The notes under the pieces are model-generated. The model ran no database searches and was not told the origin of the DNA. It saw nothing but the letters and a program-made list of their open reading frames with translations. DNA of 64,000 nt, taken from assembly GCA_013239625.1 (NCBI GenBank), contig MU053482.1, forward strand, positions 2,395,168 through 2,459,167, written 5' to 3'. Each line of letters starts with the position of its first letter. The first letter of the stretch is position 1. Of the stretch, positions 14,661 to 28,998 are shown piece by piece. A program made the translations under genes and the position numbers. The stretch comes from Lama guanicoe. Its lineage: Eukaryota.

Positions 14661-16049
14661 GGAAGTCTTGTTGCAACTCAAATTCAACTTTCCCCAGAGG
14701 AATGCTCCTCTCTCCTTCCCTGTCTAGGCTGTCCTGTCCTTCTGGCTTTACTCTTTTTATAAACAGCACCTCTACATTCCCAGGCACCAAGGCTCCAAAC
14801 CACAGTTAATCCCAACTTCTCTCCTCCCCACGGCAGCATCCGACAGCTGTGTCCTTTTATTCCATCTCCTATGCTTCATTCCCACCACACTAGTGTCCTT
14901 CGATCCTCACCACCTCTTACCTAGATCACTGCAATCACCTTCCAAAGATTTCCCTTCCCTTCCGTTCCTCCCGGCCTCAGCTGTTATTACATCCTACCAT
15001 CAGATTCACCTTCCTAAAGTGCTTCTCTGACCGCATCACTCCCCGCTCAAATGCCTCCTTGACTGGCCTCCTTGCACTTCTCTCCGTGTCTTCAACTCAA
15101 AGTTCAGCCTTTAGTCTCCTTTTCTGCATCTGAGTTTTCATTCTTTCTCATGCCCTCTCAAAAGCCTATTTTTTTCTGCTTTTCCTATAAATCTTTTCTG
15201 ATTATTTCTTCCCCAGTGATCACATTCACCTAACTATTCAACCAGCCCATAGGCTTTTTCTCAGCAACTCCTGCATATGAAACAGGGCTGGGTGAGATGA
15301 GGGACATGTGGGAAGCCAGGGCAGGATCAGAGGCCACGTCAGAAACCTCTGAGCTCACCGCAGCTCTTTCCTCTTCTCGGTCCCCAATCCAATTTATCAC
15401 CAAATGCTGCTTATGTTTCCTCCTAAATAGCCCTCTAATCCACTGCTTCTTTTTTACCCCAACTAGTGCCTTCATGTTCTCAATATCTCTTATGCAAAGC
15501 TTTCAGAAGCTCCCAAATTGGTTTTTCTGCCTCCAGCCCTGACCCCCAATTCAGTTAGAGAGATCTTCCTTGAATATAAATATGACCTTTTGCTCCCTGA
15601 TTAAATCCTCTAATGACACCTGTCACCTAAAGTCAAGGCTGCTGAGCAACATATTCAAGGTCTCTCATGACTTGGCCATGCTTTTCCCACTAGCCCAGCT
15701 GCCCACCGCATCCTACCTTCCACTCCAGGGTGAGTGATACTGAACTGTCAACAATCCCCTGTGCACATCTTGCTCGTCCTCATTCCCCAAGGCTGTTCCT
15801 CTGCCTGAACACTCCTCCCCATTTATGCTTCATCTGTGCATCCTTCAGAACTCAGCTTGGGCTTTCTCTTTTTTGGGAAGGTTTCTCTGACTCTTTCCTG
15901 GGAGGGCTATGACTTGATGGATGGTGTCTTACTTATTCAGGCCTCTTCAGCACCCACCACAGAGCTGGCCTGTGGAGGGCTCTCCATAGGAGTGCAGTGT
16001 AAGTAAGATAATCACAGGGCACAGGCTGTGCCCAGGAGAGGTGAGAGTA

Positions 16050-16290
16050 TTCATGTTGAGAAGGTTAGGAACATAGGCTCTTGAATTAGAAGTGAGTTCA
16101 AATCCTGGCTCTGGCACTTACTTGCTGCATGACATCAGGAAAATTGCTTACCTTCCTCTGCCTTTGTTTCCTTACCTGTACAAAGGGCATGATGGAGAAC
16201 AGACTTGGGATGAGGGCTAAATGAGATAAGATGTGTAAAGTGCTTTGCACAGCGCAGAACATATTAAGTGCTCAATAAATGTCAACATTT
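16050..16290 (+). mobile_element. MIR SINE
   Basis: GTTCAAATCCTGGCTCTGGCACTTACTTGCTG...AAGTGCTCAATAAATG. Confidence 0.75.
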
Positions 16291-17409
16291 TACTAAATTA
16301 CATTTTTTAAACTTTTTAAATTAAATTTCCTAGCAAGTCTGTGTGATAAATATTAGTTTAATATTGGTCTATATTGCTAATACAGGTTTTATATTTTTCT
16401 CAATTTAAAACAGAAGAGGAGTTTTCTGACTGTTCAGTTACTAACAATTTCTCAATTTTGAAAAAATTAAGAAGCAAATGCCTGGCTCATTCCTGCCTCA
16501 GGACCTTTGCATCTGCTGATATCTCCTCCACCAGAGCACCCTCTGCCTCCATCAGAGTTTTGCACAGCCAGCTCCTCCTTCTCACTTAGGTCTTAGCTCA
16601 AACCTGCTCTGACAGCCTTCCTTGAATACCTTGTAGAGAGCAGTAATCTCTGCTCCCCCCGGTCCTTTCTGTTTTACTATGTTAAATAACCTTTATAAGT
16701 TCTGAAGCTATCTTTTTTCTTTACTTTCTAATTGACCATCTCTCTCTGTTAGAATATGAACTTCATAAAAGCAGGCTTCTCATCCATTATGTTCTCACTG
16801 ATGCATCCCAGGTTCACAGAGTGGCACTAAGTGGTATCTCAATAAATTGTGTTTGAGTTAATTTCTCAGCTGCCACAGAGGAAAGCTACTACTGTTAAAA
16901 GCTGAATTAAACTTTTCTAGTCTCTCAAGAACCCAAACACTAAAATACTTCCCAGTTTGCAAGCTGCCTGAATTATGTCTTTTTAAAATTTCAGCATGTT
17001 TTAAGAATAATCAAAATACAAAAAATTTATATTTTAGCAAGTATATTCCTTAACTAATGTACACTTTATGAAAGGATAAGTAGCTATTAAAGAAAAATAG
17101 AAATCCATGTCATCATTAATTTTTCTTTAGATCTGAAGGACTTTATGAATTACTATGAGTTTAAGGAATTTGTTCCTTGGAGAATATAATTTTTTTTTTT
17201 TGCCATCTTGCTAAAATTGATCACAGATGGTACAAAGGTCACCTGCAGAGCAGGCTGTCCCCAAAGTCCTTAAATGCCAAGTTAATGAGACTTTACTATA
17301 TAAAAATGAAAAGACCTTTTCTTTTCTATAAGAAAGAAAAGGTTTGGTCAGAAGTGACTATGTTCTTTTATATAACTTGGGACTTTAAATTTTATTTTTT
17401 TCAAATGAT

Positions 17410-18040
17410 AATGGAAAAACAAACAATGCAATGGAAAAATAGGCAAAGATCATGGATATTCTCAGAAGAAGAAATCCAAATGGCCACAAATATATGACAG
17501 CATGCTCAGTATTACTAATAATCAATGAAAAACAAGTTAAAATGACTATCATTTTTACTTATCAGATTTGCAAACATTTAAAACATCGATGATATATAAT
17601 CCATGTTAGCAATGATGTAGGGCAAAAATACTCAGATACAATTTTGGAGGGAGTATCTATTAGTATGTTTTTGGAAAGTAATTTAGTAGTATCTATCCAG
17701 TTTTAAATATGCATGTCCTTTGACCTGCAATTGGACATCTACAAGTTGATCTTTCAGGAATATTGGTCCTGGACACAAAAAGAATATTCGCTGCAGCATT
17801 GTTTGTAATAGAAAGATTAGGAATAACTTGGTTAAATGTCCACCAATAGGAATGTGGCTAATAAATACTGGTGTCTTAAAACAAATATAGACTAGGAAGC
17901 TTTCACAGAAATAAGGTAGCTCCTCTATCAGCATGGAAAGATGTCCATGATTTACTCTGTAGTAAAAACAACACACAGCACTACTAAAATTGCACTGATA
18001 TATTTTTAAATGTTTTTTCACACATAAACCTATACACACA
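17410..18040 (+). mobile_element. Highly decayed L1ME-type 3' ORF2 remnant
   Basis: CAGAAGAAGAAATCCAAATGGCC...GCAGCATTGTTTGTAATAG...TAAATGTCCACCAATAGG. Confidence 0.65.
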
Positions 18041-18969
18041 AACCCATTTTCACACCTAAATCCATTTTCAACACAACAGCCAAAGTCATCCTTCTAAAAT
18101 GTAAGTCCGAACCTTGCTACTCCTTTGCTCAGCACCCTTCATTGGCTTTTCTATCGCTCAGATACAAAGTCAGAGTCCGCACCACGATTTCCACTCCCCA
18201 CACGACCTGGCCCTCTGCTGCTGCTGCTCTGACTTCCTTCCTCTGCCCTCCCTCCATCAGCTCCCATCCTCCTGGTCTTCTTTTCAATGCCTCGCAGGTT
18301 TTATACTTGCTCTAACCTTTGCTTGGGACTCTTCCTCCAGATGTCCCCATAGCTGGTTCCTCTCATTCTTCACATCTCTGTCCAAATAACACTTTTCAAT
18401 GACCACAGTCCCTAAACACAGTCTACGTTTTGGGGGAGTACACTCCTCCTCACCCCTCCCTATGCCCTGGCATTTTCCATTCCACTTCCCTGCTTACCTG
18501 TTCTTCACCCCTTACCACCATCTGCTACTTGGTATATTTCCTTCTTTATTGGTTTGTGATCTGTCTCCCTCCTCTGGAACTGTAAACTCAGTTTCAATTT
18601 TATATGTGCATAAAAATAGATGTGGAAAAATACACAGCAAACTATTGACAGTAATTATTTCTGGGGAGTGGGATTGGGAGCTGATGGTAAAATTTCAACC
18701 CTGTGTACATTTCTGTACCATTTGAAAGATGCATTACGTAGGTATTAAAAATTAAATAAAAATATTTTAAAAGAAAAATATAATGGACCCATCTGTCCTT
18801 TGGTGACTCAAAACACTTTTGGGGCTCTTTTCTAGAGGCAAAAAATAATTTCCAGAAAGCGCTATCCTGAGTTTGTCTCCACTGCACGTACCATCAGAGT
18901 TAAGAAAATACTAGTAAGCCTGGTCTTTACGAAGTTCTAACACCACTGACTAGACCAGGAATATAAGAT

Positions 18970-18989
18970 ACACACACACACACACACAC
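18970..18989 (+). repeat. (AC)10 microsatellite
   Basis: Read directly. Confidence 0.9.
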
Positions 18990-20448
18990 CGTGGCCTGCC
19001 AGTGCCATGTGTCTGCTGGGTAAAAAGCCTTTCTAACTAACACACCTGACCCTTCTTCACATCTGCCTCCTCCCTCCAGCAGGAGGAAGGAATTTCACTG
19101 GTAGCTCCTCGTGCTGTTTCCTCTACAGGGTAAAATCTTCAACCTTGCTCTCAGGCCCGGTGAACCCGATATGGTCCCTTGTGGGCTACAAAATTCATCC
19201 AGTGCTAGAGGGCGCTCTTGAGACAAGACACACGACCTCCCTTAGAAGCAAACCCAACCTAACTCACCATGATGGGCATCTCAGGCACACAGTCACACAG
19301 CTACATAAACCCTGGACTCAGTGTCTTTCACAAATTGTCAGGGTCACGGGGCCTCTGTTAAGTAACCCCTGATCCTCACCCTTGGGCCTTTATTCCCCAG
19401 AAGCATACCCACGGAGGTATGAATAATATTCTCACTGGGAGTCGTTCCTCAGGGCCCTTGACATGAGTTTTTCCTGAATTCCTACCTGGCCACAGAGGCT
19501 CCCTGGCGAGCCTGCAGGGCCTATTTCTAACAGGACAGCAGCTGGGGGGAAAGGCGTACAACTCAGCTTTGAGAGGCGAGAAGGAGGACCAGCCTGCCTG
19601 TCCCTGACAGTTTCTGCAACTTAGCCTGAAAAGTAGGGCAGCAATAGCCAACTCTCATCACCGTTTTGGTATGGAAACTGGAATTCTTAGAATTTTAAAT
19701 GAGAACAAACTAACCAGCTGGGTTGTTTTTATCTATTTTTTTTTCTTTCTTTTTAAGAGAGTCAGCTGGAATAAAAGTCAAGACTATTTGAGATCCAGAC
19801 CCTGGAGGACAGTTACACTTGATTTCACACTTGATTTTCATTACATTTTGGCGAAGCCACAGAGTTGGGCTGTGCTATTGCTGATAATTCTCCTGAACAA
19901 GTGCCCCTGGGCTCAGTGTTCCTTCTTCAGAAACACTGATTTATTACCCCTTAGCCCCAGCTTCATTTCTCAGGCCTTGGGATTCTAATGACACTTCAGA
20001 AAAGACATTGGTTTACTCTGGAGGAGACTGGTTATCGAAATTCCCCATCCTTGAGGCTAGAGCACAGGCTCTGGAGTGGGACCATTAGTGTGCGCTGAGC
20101 ACTTAGCCCACTGAGCCCCGGCTTGCTCCTCTGTAAACTGGACACAGTAACACCCACCTGGCAAGATGAGGGTTGGGATACAGTGCTTAGTACTATGCTT
20201 GTGACAGGGAAGGACTCAATAAATCGTTACCATTATTACTGTAAAATGAGACCCTAATTTCCCCCCCCCATCTATGACTTCTTAGGTAGAACTTCTTATA
20301 ATTGCCCAGAACAGTCTTTCACAACAAAGTAATAAATCTCAGGACTGACCATCCTGGAACCTCCTGCTCAGATTCCCCTTGCCTGGAACTTCATCAGAGG
20401 AATAGAAATCTTATTGCTCAAGTGCTGGGTCTCAAATTTAACTCTGAA

Positions 20449-20473
20449 ACACACACACACACACACACACACA
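20449..20473 (+). repeat. (AC)12 microsatellite
   Basis: Read directly. Confidence 0.9.
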
Positions 20474-21032
20474 ACATACATGGAACTGACAGTACTAGAA
20501 AGTCTGGGCCGAAGCTCAGGGATCTCAGAAGGCAGCTGAGCGACCCCCAGCCTTGCCTCTGCACAAAGCTATGGACAGGAGTTTGTTCATTGCCACCATG
20601 GGTCAGACCAGAGGGGGATGATAGGGGAACCGTGATAGTGGAGTGTTGAAAGGATTCAAGGATGCCTTATACTTGCAGTCCTGCCCCAGGTGGGGAACCA
20701 CAGTGCTCTGAAGACCACGGTCCCTCAGATCCTTAAAAGGCAATCTTCCCTCTTCTCATCAGCCCTGCCTCTTGCATTCTGTCCCTCAACTCAACAGACA
20801 TGTTAAGTGTCCACCACAAGCCAGGCACTATGCTGGGTGCTGGGGGACCCTAATCCAGCAGGCACTTCTGACACCAACGTGTAGTTCTCAAATGAGAGTG
20901 GGTGACCAGGGTGTTCTCTGGAAGGAGAGTGGGAAGGAAAGGATGGGCCAGGCTTGCTTTTGCTTACCCTGACTACTCTGGAGCTCAAGACAGTTGTGTT
21001 AGCAAGAATGTTGCAGCCAGCAGGCCACTCAC

Positions 21033-21239
21033 CACACTGGTTTCCTACATGGCCCTGGCCCACTCTACAGGACTCCACCCGGCGTTCAGATGTTCTGGGA
21101 GACTTCTTAGCCACTTCAAGGTCCATGCCTGAGAGCTGGAGGTGAAACCGCTCCCTGTGGACAGCCTTCCGGAGTGTGCGGGCAGCCTTCCGGAGCCGCT
21201 TCTCTGTTCGCTTTACGACGCAACTCAGATCACAAGAAG
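21033..21239 (-). CDS. SCUBE2: SCUBE2 exon 16, basic spacer segment ([69 protein letters not shown])
   Basis: tgtag| ... |gtgagt; 207 nt. Confidence 0.94.
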
Positions 21240-21622
21240 CTACAGAAAGGAGAGAGACAGCAGTGGGGGTAGGGGGTCAGGCCACAGCATGTGAGCCTGT
21301 CCAGACCAACTGCAGGACCCACCACCGCAGCTCTCTGTGGACAGGATGGGGAGAGATTCAGAGCTGGGCACCTGGCAGGCTGGGCAGCATTCGACTCAAA
21401 CAGAAATTTGTTGACCAAAATGGTAGCTTTGGGTTTTGATAAAGCAAATAAAATCATCAGGTTCCAAACCAATTCAGTTTAGTTTGGGGGTTAAAAAAAC
21501 AAAACAGGAGATACTTCAGTGGTTACACTGTTTTTCCCCCCAAGAATGATGAAAAGCGAAAGGCAAAGAAATAAGGAGCAAGCTGTGAGAAGCCTGGCAC
21601 CAGAAACTGTTTTCAAACCAAC

Positions 21623-21778
21623 CTGTCACCTCCTTTTGGTTAGTTTCAAGCTCAAACTCAACAGTGATAAACATTTCCCGAGTGGTGCTCGGTCGGCCAG
21701 GGGCTGCCGGGACTTGCTTGCCGGAGCTGCATGTAAGGTTTGCGTAGTGGAAGCTCTCTTTTACTGAGCTGTGCTTCT
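21623..21778 (-). CDS. SCUBE2: SCUBE2 exon 15, spacer ([52 protein letters not shown])
   Basis: tacag| ... |gttggt; 156 nt. Confidence 0.93.
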
Positions 21779-22754
21779 CTGTATGAAGAAACAAAATTAT
21801 CGGAAGCCAAATCCTGGCAAAGCACTCAGCTGAGCATTCACTAGAACTCTGTAAACATTTCATTAAAACAACTCTCAAGGGACCAAATGATTAATTCCAG
21901 ATGCCAAGACGTTGCAAGCCCTCAGTTTGGAGCACGATGACATTTTAATCTTGAAGAGCCAGTGTTGCCTCCTGTATAACTTTACCATGTAGCTCTTGAA
22001 AATTATTTTCACAGATAAATGCTGGATATTTCCAACCGACCGGCCACATATGTGGAAGATGGGAACCAGGGCTCGTCTTGCATTCCTGACTGGCAGTTAG
22101 TTTGTTAAGGTGCATTCATGTTCTCACAGTTGGTTTCTGTAAAGCTGGACTACGGTGTCCCAAGCAGGGACTGAGGCTTCCAATAAAGAATGAGCACAGG
22201 GGTAGAAAGGAGACTCCTGCTTTCAGGGAAACTGACCTTGGAGAAACTCCAAGCCGAAGGGAAAGCTGGAAAGCACATCAACAGTGCTGTCTCGTTTTGA
22301 GACAACCAGGAGCAATAAATGGCACAAAGAATCAACAGAACCAAACAACATCATGACGGCAGGTAGGATGGGAGTGAAAGTGTCACGTAACGCAGGGCTT
22401 TGCACATCCTCATTCCTGACTTTGGCCATCACTCCTCCCGCCATGGCTTCCAGTGAATCTCTTAACTAATGATTGTTAATTAGGACCAAAGAGCAGGTCC
22501 ACATACCATCCACACAATTCACTTGTCTCTATTTTACAAGCCTACTTTTTTAAAAGGATGTATTATCTGTATTATATTCTTCTCTAACATTATAAGGATG
22601 TTCAAAGCAACAGGTCATCGGGGCCAAAGGAAGGACGAGGCAAATTAATTTCCCCTAAAGATCTACCTTACCTTTTCAAAAGGTTAACTTCAAATCTCAA
22701 ATGGAACAGATGCTTATTTCGAACCTGTCTCCCTTTCCATTTTCCCATATCTAT

Positions 22755-22935
22755 TTTTTAAACTTTTTATTTTGAAATAAGTTTAGATGTATAGAAAAGT
22801 TGCTAAGATAGTACTCAGAGTTCCCACATACTCTGCACCCAAGGTCCCCTAATGTTAACATCTTACATTAACATGTGTCTTTATCAAAACTAAGAAATTA
22901 ACATTAGTACAATACCATTAAGTGAACTACAGACC
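22755..22935 (-). mobile_element. Old L1MC/MD-type 3'-end fragment
   Basis: TTTTATTTTGAAATAAGTTTAGA..GAAAAGTTGC..CCCCTAATGTTAACATCTTACAT. Confidence 0.65.
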
Positions 22936-23939
22936 AAATTTATTTTTAAATAATGCTTTCCCCCTCTGATATAAAAGCATAAATGCTCACTGTGGAAAAT
23001 TTGAAAAATGCAGGAAAAAAAACTAGAATCACTCATCATCCTTCCACCCAGATATAACCCACTAATAAGGATATGGCGAGTTTTGTTTATTTTTCTCCTA
23101 CTCACACTTCTTCTTACACATTTTGGGTTGTATTAGATACACAATATGTTAGTCTCTCTTTTTCCATCTTAACATTGTAACAAGAACATTTTCTTATGTC
23201 ATTAAACATTCTTTGAAAACATATAATTAATAGCTACATGAATGAGGTGCCAAAATTAATCTTGGTTAGTTACTTAAAATAGGCAGTCAAAAGTGACAAG
23301 AGTACTTTCCATTCATTTGTTTGTATGATTTATTTGAGGGTAGATTGGGAAAAGAATACTCCCTAATACATAAAAACTGGTTTTTTTAATTCTCCAAAAT
23401 TATTCTATGAAATAATATCGGAAATGTGAGCTGGGCAAGAAAGAGGAGTGTTGGATTCTGCTCTTTGCATAAGGCCATGTCTACTTGGATAGTATTTGTT
23501 CTGCTGAAGCCAGTGGCATCACTGCCTCCAAAAACTAGATCCAGCATGAAAGCTGGATATTACATCTTTGCTCATCAAAGATTATCCTTTCCAAGCCAAA
23601 CATTTTTTTTTTCATTTCTTTGGCTTAGATTTTAAGCAAACTCTAAGAACTAGAAAATTTAACCGACTATGATCACAAATTACTAGCACATCTTAAGCCC
23701 TTATTGATTCCTGTGAACTTGCAGGTCTCTCCAGAGCTTCACCCTTTGCACCTCCCAAAGGATACCCTGAAGTATAAACCCAGGAGCATATGGGGGTGCC
23801 AGGCTAGGCTCTCTCCCTCTTGTGAAGAGAGTCCTTGGAGATTCTGAACTGTTTGATCCCATCTGCAGGGCTTGGCTTGGTACAGGCCCCTTTCCCAACA
23901 TGCAGGCAAGCTCCCTGCACCAGCCAGCTGATTCCATAC

Positions 23940-24044
23940 CTGATAGTACTGGTCGCAGACCCTCGGGAAACAGCTCAGCCTTTTTCAAACTACACTTGCC
24001 TTCATTTAGCTTAAAGGTTACACTTGTCCTGATGGTGGCGACAT
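23940..24044 (-). CDS. SCUBE2: SCUBE2 exon 14, spacer ([35 protein letters not shown])
   Basis: ttctgaag| ... |gtatgg; 105 nt. Confidence 0.93.
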
Positions 24045-24609
24045 CTTCAGAAAGAAACAAGTGAGACGTGTTACCTTCAGAGGCAAAGGAATGAAAACCC
24101 TACGTGGGTACTGGTGAGCTCTCCACTGGCTGGGTCCCACTGTACACAGCACACCGAGCCCCCTCTGATGCTCCGATGAGACCAAGGAAAGTTGAGATCA
24201 TGGAGTGCCCACTAATTCTCCTGGGACTAGGGGCACCAGGGGCCTCCTAAGGGTCACACTGATCCCTCCATCTGAGAGGAATCCAGGGCTCAAACATAAC
24301 AAAGGGAGAGCCAAAAATGGCCTCAACAGGGAGCTGAAAATGAGGTCATTTCTGTGCCTTTCCAAGAAGGAAGGCCAGACTCCCCTAGTTCAGATTTGGA
24401 CAAGACAGCTGAGGGAAATGAAAGGGCAGAATCTCCTAAACAAGCCTGTCCTGCGAGGACAGGGCTGAGGGAGCCACCATTCCAGACAAGGACGGCAGGC
24501 TCTAACTGTGCCTAGGATTTTCAGGGTCTAAGAGGGAGCAAGGGTCCTACTCTGAGGGCCTCACGTGGAAAATTCTGCTCTCCTTCCACAGTCAGTCTTA
24601 ACTATATGT

Positions 24610-25190
24610 TAGGGTCTGGAGCCAAGGACCAGATTTCAAGTTCCAGCTCTTGCATTTGTGATGAGAACTTGAGCAAGTTACTTAATTTCCCTAAGCCTCA
24701 GTTTTCTCTTCTGTAAGACAGACACAATTACAGTCCCTACGTTACTAGGCTGTTGTGAAGATTAAACAAAATAATGCAAAACAAAAACAAAAAAATGTTC
24801 AGCCTACTGTCTGGTACGTAGTAAGAATTGAATAACTTAATTATTTGCTTGCCTACCATTAGGGTAGCCTTAATCTCCAAGGGATCATCACTGAGGGTTT
24901 TAGTGAAACAGACCACAATGTCCCCTCTGGTTGGGTCCAAATTATCAGGCCAGAGGGGCAGTGGAGGATAGTGCCTAAGACTCTGGGACCTAGACTGCCT
25001 GGTCAAAATCCTAGGTCCACTATTCTCTATCTGAGTCACTTTGGATATTCGATTTCACCTCTCTGAACCTCCGTTTCTTCATCTGGTTATGAGGATAATA
25101 GTAAAATTGCCCCAGAGGGCTGTGGTGTGGATGAAATCAGCTAATACATGTCGACAGCGGCTGGCACGTTTTAACTGCTCCGTCAGTTCA
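24610..25190 (+). mobile_element. Two adjacent MIR SINEs (about 24610-24840 and 24960-25190)
   Basis: Core motifs GCAAGTTACTTAAT..CCTAAGCCTCAGTTTTCT and CCTCTCTGAACCTCCGTTTCTTCATCTG. Confidence 0.7.
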
Positions 25191-25683
25191 CACAAGCTGT
25201 TATCCCCATGCTGTGAGTCTCTACTTTGCTCATATACATCATATGGACACTGAGAACCACTTCCCTATTCAGATGTTCTCACGACATCATCACAGACGTG
25301 TCTTAATCTGGGAAGACTAGGCCTCCTAAATGCTTTCAATGTCATTCTTTGTCATTTGACAAACCAGAAACGGTTTGGGCCCCTTTCTCCCCTTGTCACA
25401 CCCACCAGTGCCCACCATCTCCACCAATGCCATGTGCCCAAGCACACATTTCCTGCGGGGTCTCTGAGGTGCTCAATGGTACAGGGAGTTGGGGAGACCT
25501 GAGTCTTCTGGGCCCAGAGCTACGTGGGCCTCTGCCCAATATGATAACCCACCAGGGCTGCCCGGAGCCTCCCGGCACACAGTGGACACTCAGTAAGCAT
25601 CTGCTATGTGGTGAGTCAGATGGCAGGTACCAAGGCCACAGGCAAGAACATCCTGTAATGTGCTCATAGCATCAAAGAGATTA

Positions 25684-25893
<210 letters not shown>

Positions 25894-26109
25894 TCAGCAC
25901 GTAAGCAGGGTTACAGTCTCTCCTGGTGGCAGCTCCAATCACCCCCCCACCCCTACTCCACGTGGACCACTAGAAAAACCCCCAGAACACAGGGTCTCAA
26001 AGCATGGGCCTCCAGTGGTCAAAGACCTGGAAGCCCTTTGAGGGCATCTAACACCAGGAAGGCCTAGCCCTGACATGAGGACCTGCCCCAGGGCCTGCGA
26101 CCCACTCAC

Positions 26110-26226
26110 CTGAAGAGAGGTGAATGCCAGAGTGACATCTGAGGAAGCACCTGTCTCCTCCACCACTCCTACCGCACTGCAGGGACACGTGGGGCGATAC
26201 ACTAGTGGGCAGGACCCCCTTCACTT
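26110..26226 (-). CDS. SCUBE2: SCUBE2 exon 12, spacer ([39 protein letters not shown])
   Basis: tctag| ... |gtgagt; 117 nt. Confidence 0.94.
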
Positions 26227-26399
26227 CTAGACAGGACAAAATACAGACACTTACAGAGAGAGAAAGACACTTCCTGGTGTGACAAGGACAGCTGGATCCC
26301 ATGCATCACAGGGCCCAAGAAAAGAAGGGAGCACTGACACCCACCAGAGAACAGACACCCCGCTTACTCCCCCAGGGTAAAGGAGCGCCTTGTATGCTA

Positions 26400-26795
<396 letters not shown>

Positions 26796-28071
26796 TCACA
26801 GCAGCCCATCCTGACCCGGCTGACACTACCCCTCCACTGAGGAAGGAGCAGGGGGGCGTCCCGCGGCTGAAACTCACTAAACAAAGGGAGGGTGCTGGCT
26901 GCCTTCAGAATGTGCACTCGGCGCCAGCTGACGCCACTGCCCACTCAATGCATTTCCTGGCATGCACCTCACCAGGATGGTCTTGAGTTCCATTCTTCAC
27001 CAAACAGTTCCCCCATTAAGGACACTCAGAAACGGTCACACTCTACTTTCAGATGTCAGAATCAGACACTGCACAGGCTTCCAGTTTAAAACCCCACCAT
27101 CCTCCTGGGCTACGTCCCAAGGGAGATAGAGAGAATTAGGATTCCCCACGTGACAGTTCATATAGCTGGGGTGTAGATAAGAAAAATGACTTGCACTAAT
27201 CCTCATTAACCTGAGACTGAGTCCAGGTCAGAAGGTGACTCCAGCTAAAACCTAGACACACATCCATATTTAGGGAGCATTTCCTTGGGGTTTCTTGATG
27301 GACTGGAAGAGTATGATTTTAGCCATGCCAGGGATAAGTTGAAAAGGAAGAGACACAACACTATCTATAGCAAATCACTACTATCCATTCTTCTTAAGGA
27401 CATAGGACACAAGGACTGGGCAGGAAGTACTTAGGCCAGTGGTTCCCACATCCTCAGATACCCAAAACCACCTTGGAAGCCCTAGACATTTGGAACCAGA
27501 CTATGAATCTGTATCCTCAAAGACTGCTGAATGCATCTGATGATTAGAAGGAGGGGAGGAACGCCGAAGCTGATTTAAGCCGTAGTCTTACTTGGCTGTG
27601 AGGTCATGAGACGTCAGGACATGTTGCTATAAGGGCTCAGAGCAGAGAGACAGAGTCAGTGGTCCCACTTCCAGCTCAGAGAGCTGCACAAAGAGCTTGA
27701 ACCAAGCTCTGCAGCCAGTTCCAATGCACAGCAGGGCTGTGGAACTGACTGACGCACTGCCAAGCCTCTCCAAGGACAGTGACTTTACTAGTTCCAACAC
27801 ATAGGGTATCAACTCCTGAGGGATCCTCCCATTCTCTGCATACAACTGCATCAGTAAAGTCCCTAAAGAATTCACGGTCCAAATTGCTCACCCTTCTCTC
27901 TGCTCCGTGTCACACTTGATGAGTCAAAGGGATAAATGTAGGAAGATTTCCTGTAGCAGATGCTTCCCTTGAGTTGATGGACTCGCTACTCTTGTTCTGG
28001 GACTGGTATGTCCGGTTCATCCCCCGAGGTAGAAAAGTTATCCCTGGTCTGGGGAAACCTTAGGAGCCTCA

Positions 28072-28290
<219 letters not shown>

Positions 28291-28787
28291 CTAGCTGCTG
28301 TCCAACAACCAAAATAATAGAGTGAAAAATTATCTATCAGTTCTCCTGCCCACTTGTGTTAAAGAACGGGTTGAGTAGCCCACAGAAAATATACTCACAG
28401 CCAGGACTCTTATTTCCAAATTCTATTGCAAAATGCATTTGCCTAAAAGCTCCGTTGTTCTCTCTCACCCATGCTTACCTGCAGGGCTGAGTAATTTTAA
28501 ATATCTCAATAAAGTCAAATGAGATAACATACCTAAAAATGGTTTGTAAACTACAAGGTGCCACCTGTGCATTATTATTGTTTTATTACTAATTGGTGAA
28601 AAAAAAGCTATAGTAATTTTATAAGCTATGGCCAATTAAAAGAAGGAAACACTTGAGCTAGAGATAAATCTGGTTCCTATCTCTTTCAGATCTTGCCAGA
28701 ATTAGTCTTCTGGTCCCGGGAGGCCAGTTGATCCTGGGTTTTGATGCCCTCTGAATTAAAAGAATGCATTAACATTAACATCCTTGG

Positions 28788-28998
28788 ACACATGGCGATG
28801 TGTGAAGGGGATAAGCAGCAAGAATCTACCATATAGCACAGGGAACTATATTCAGTTCTTTGTAATGAGCCATAATGGAAAAGAAACTGAAAAAATATAT
28901 ATGTTTGTATGCATGTATAACTGAATCACTTTGCTGTACACCTAAAACTATCGTTGTAAACTGACTACACTTCAATAAAAAATAAGAATAATAAAAAA
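28788..28998 (+). mobile_element. Short LINE-1 3' UTR fragment, similar to the 35160-35760 element
   Basis: Shares GGAACTATATTCA...TGTATAACTGAATCACT.TGCTGTACACC with that element; A-tail; TSD ATTAACA(T/C)CCTTGG at 28774-28787 and 28999-29012. Confidence 0.85.

Noticed and set aside
24251..24265. Near-ERE GGGTCAcacTGATCC in an oestrogen-associated gene
   Set aside because: About two one-mismatch EREs are expected by chance in 64 kb; needs ChIP or conservation support.
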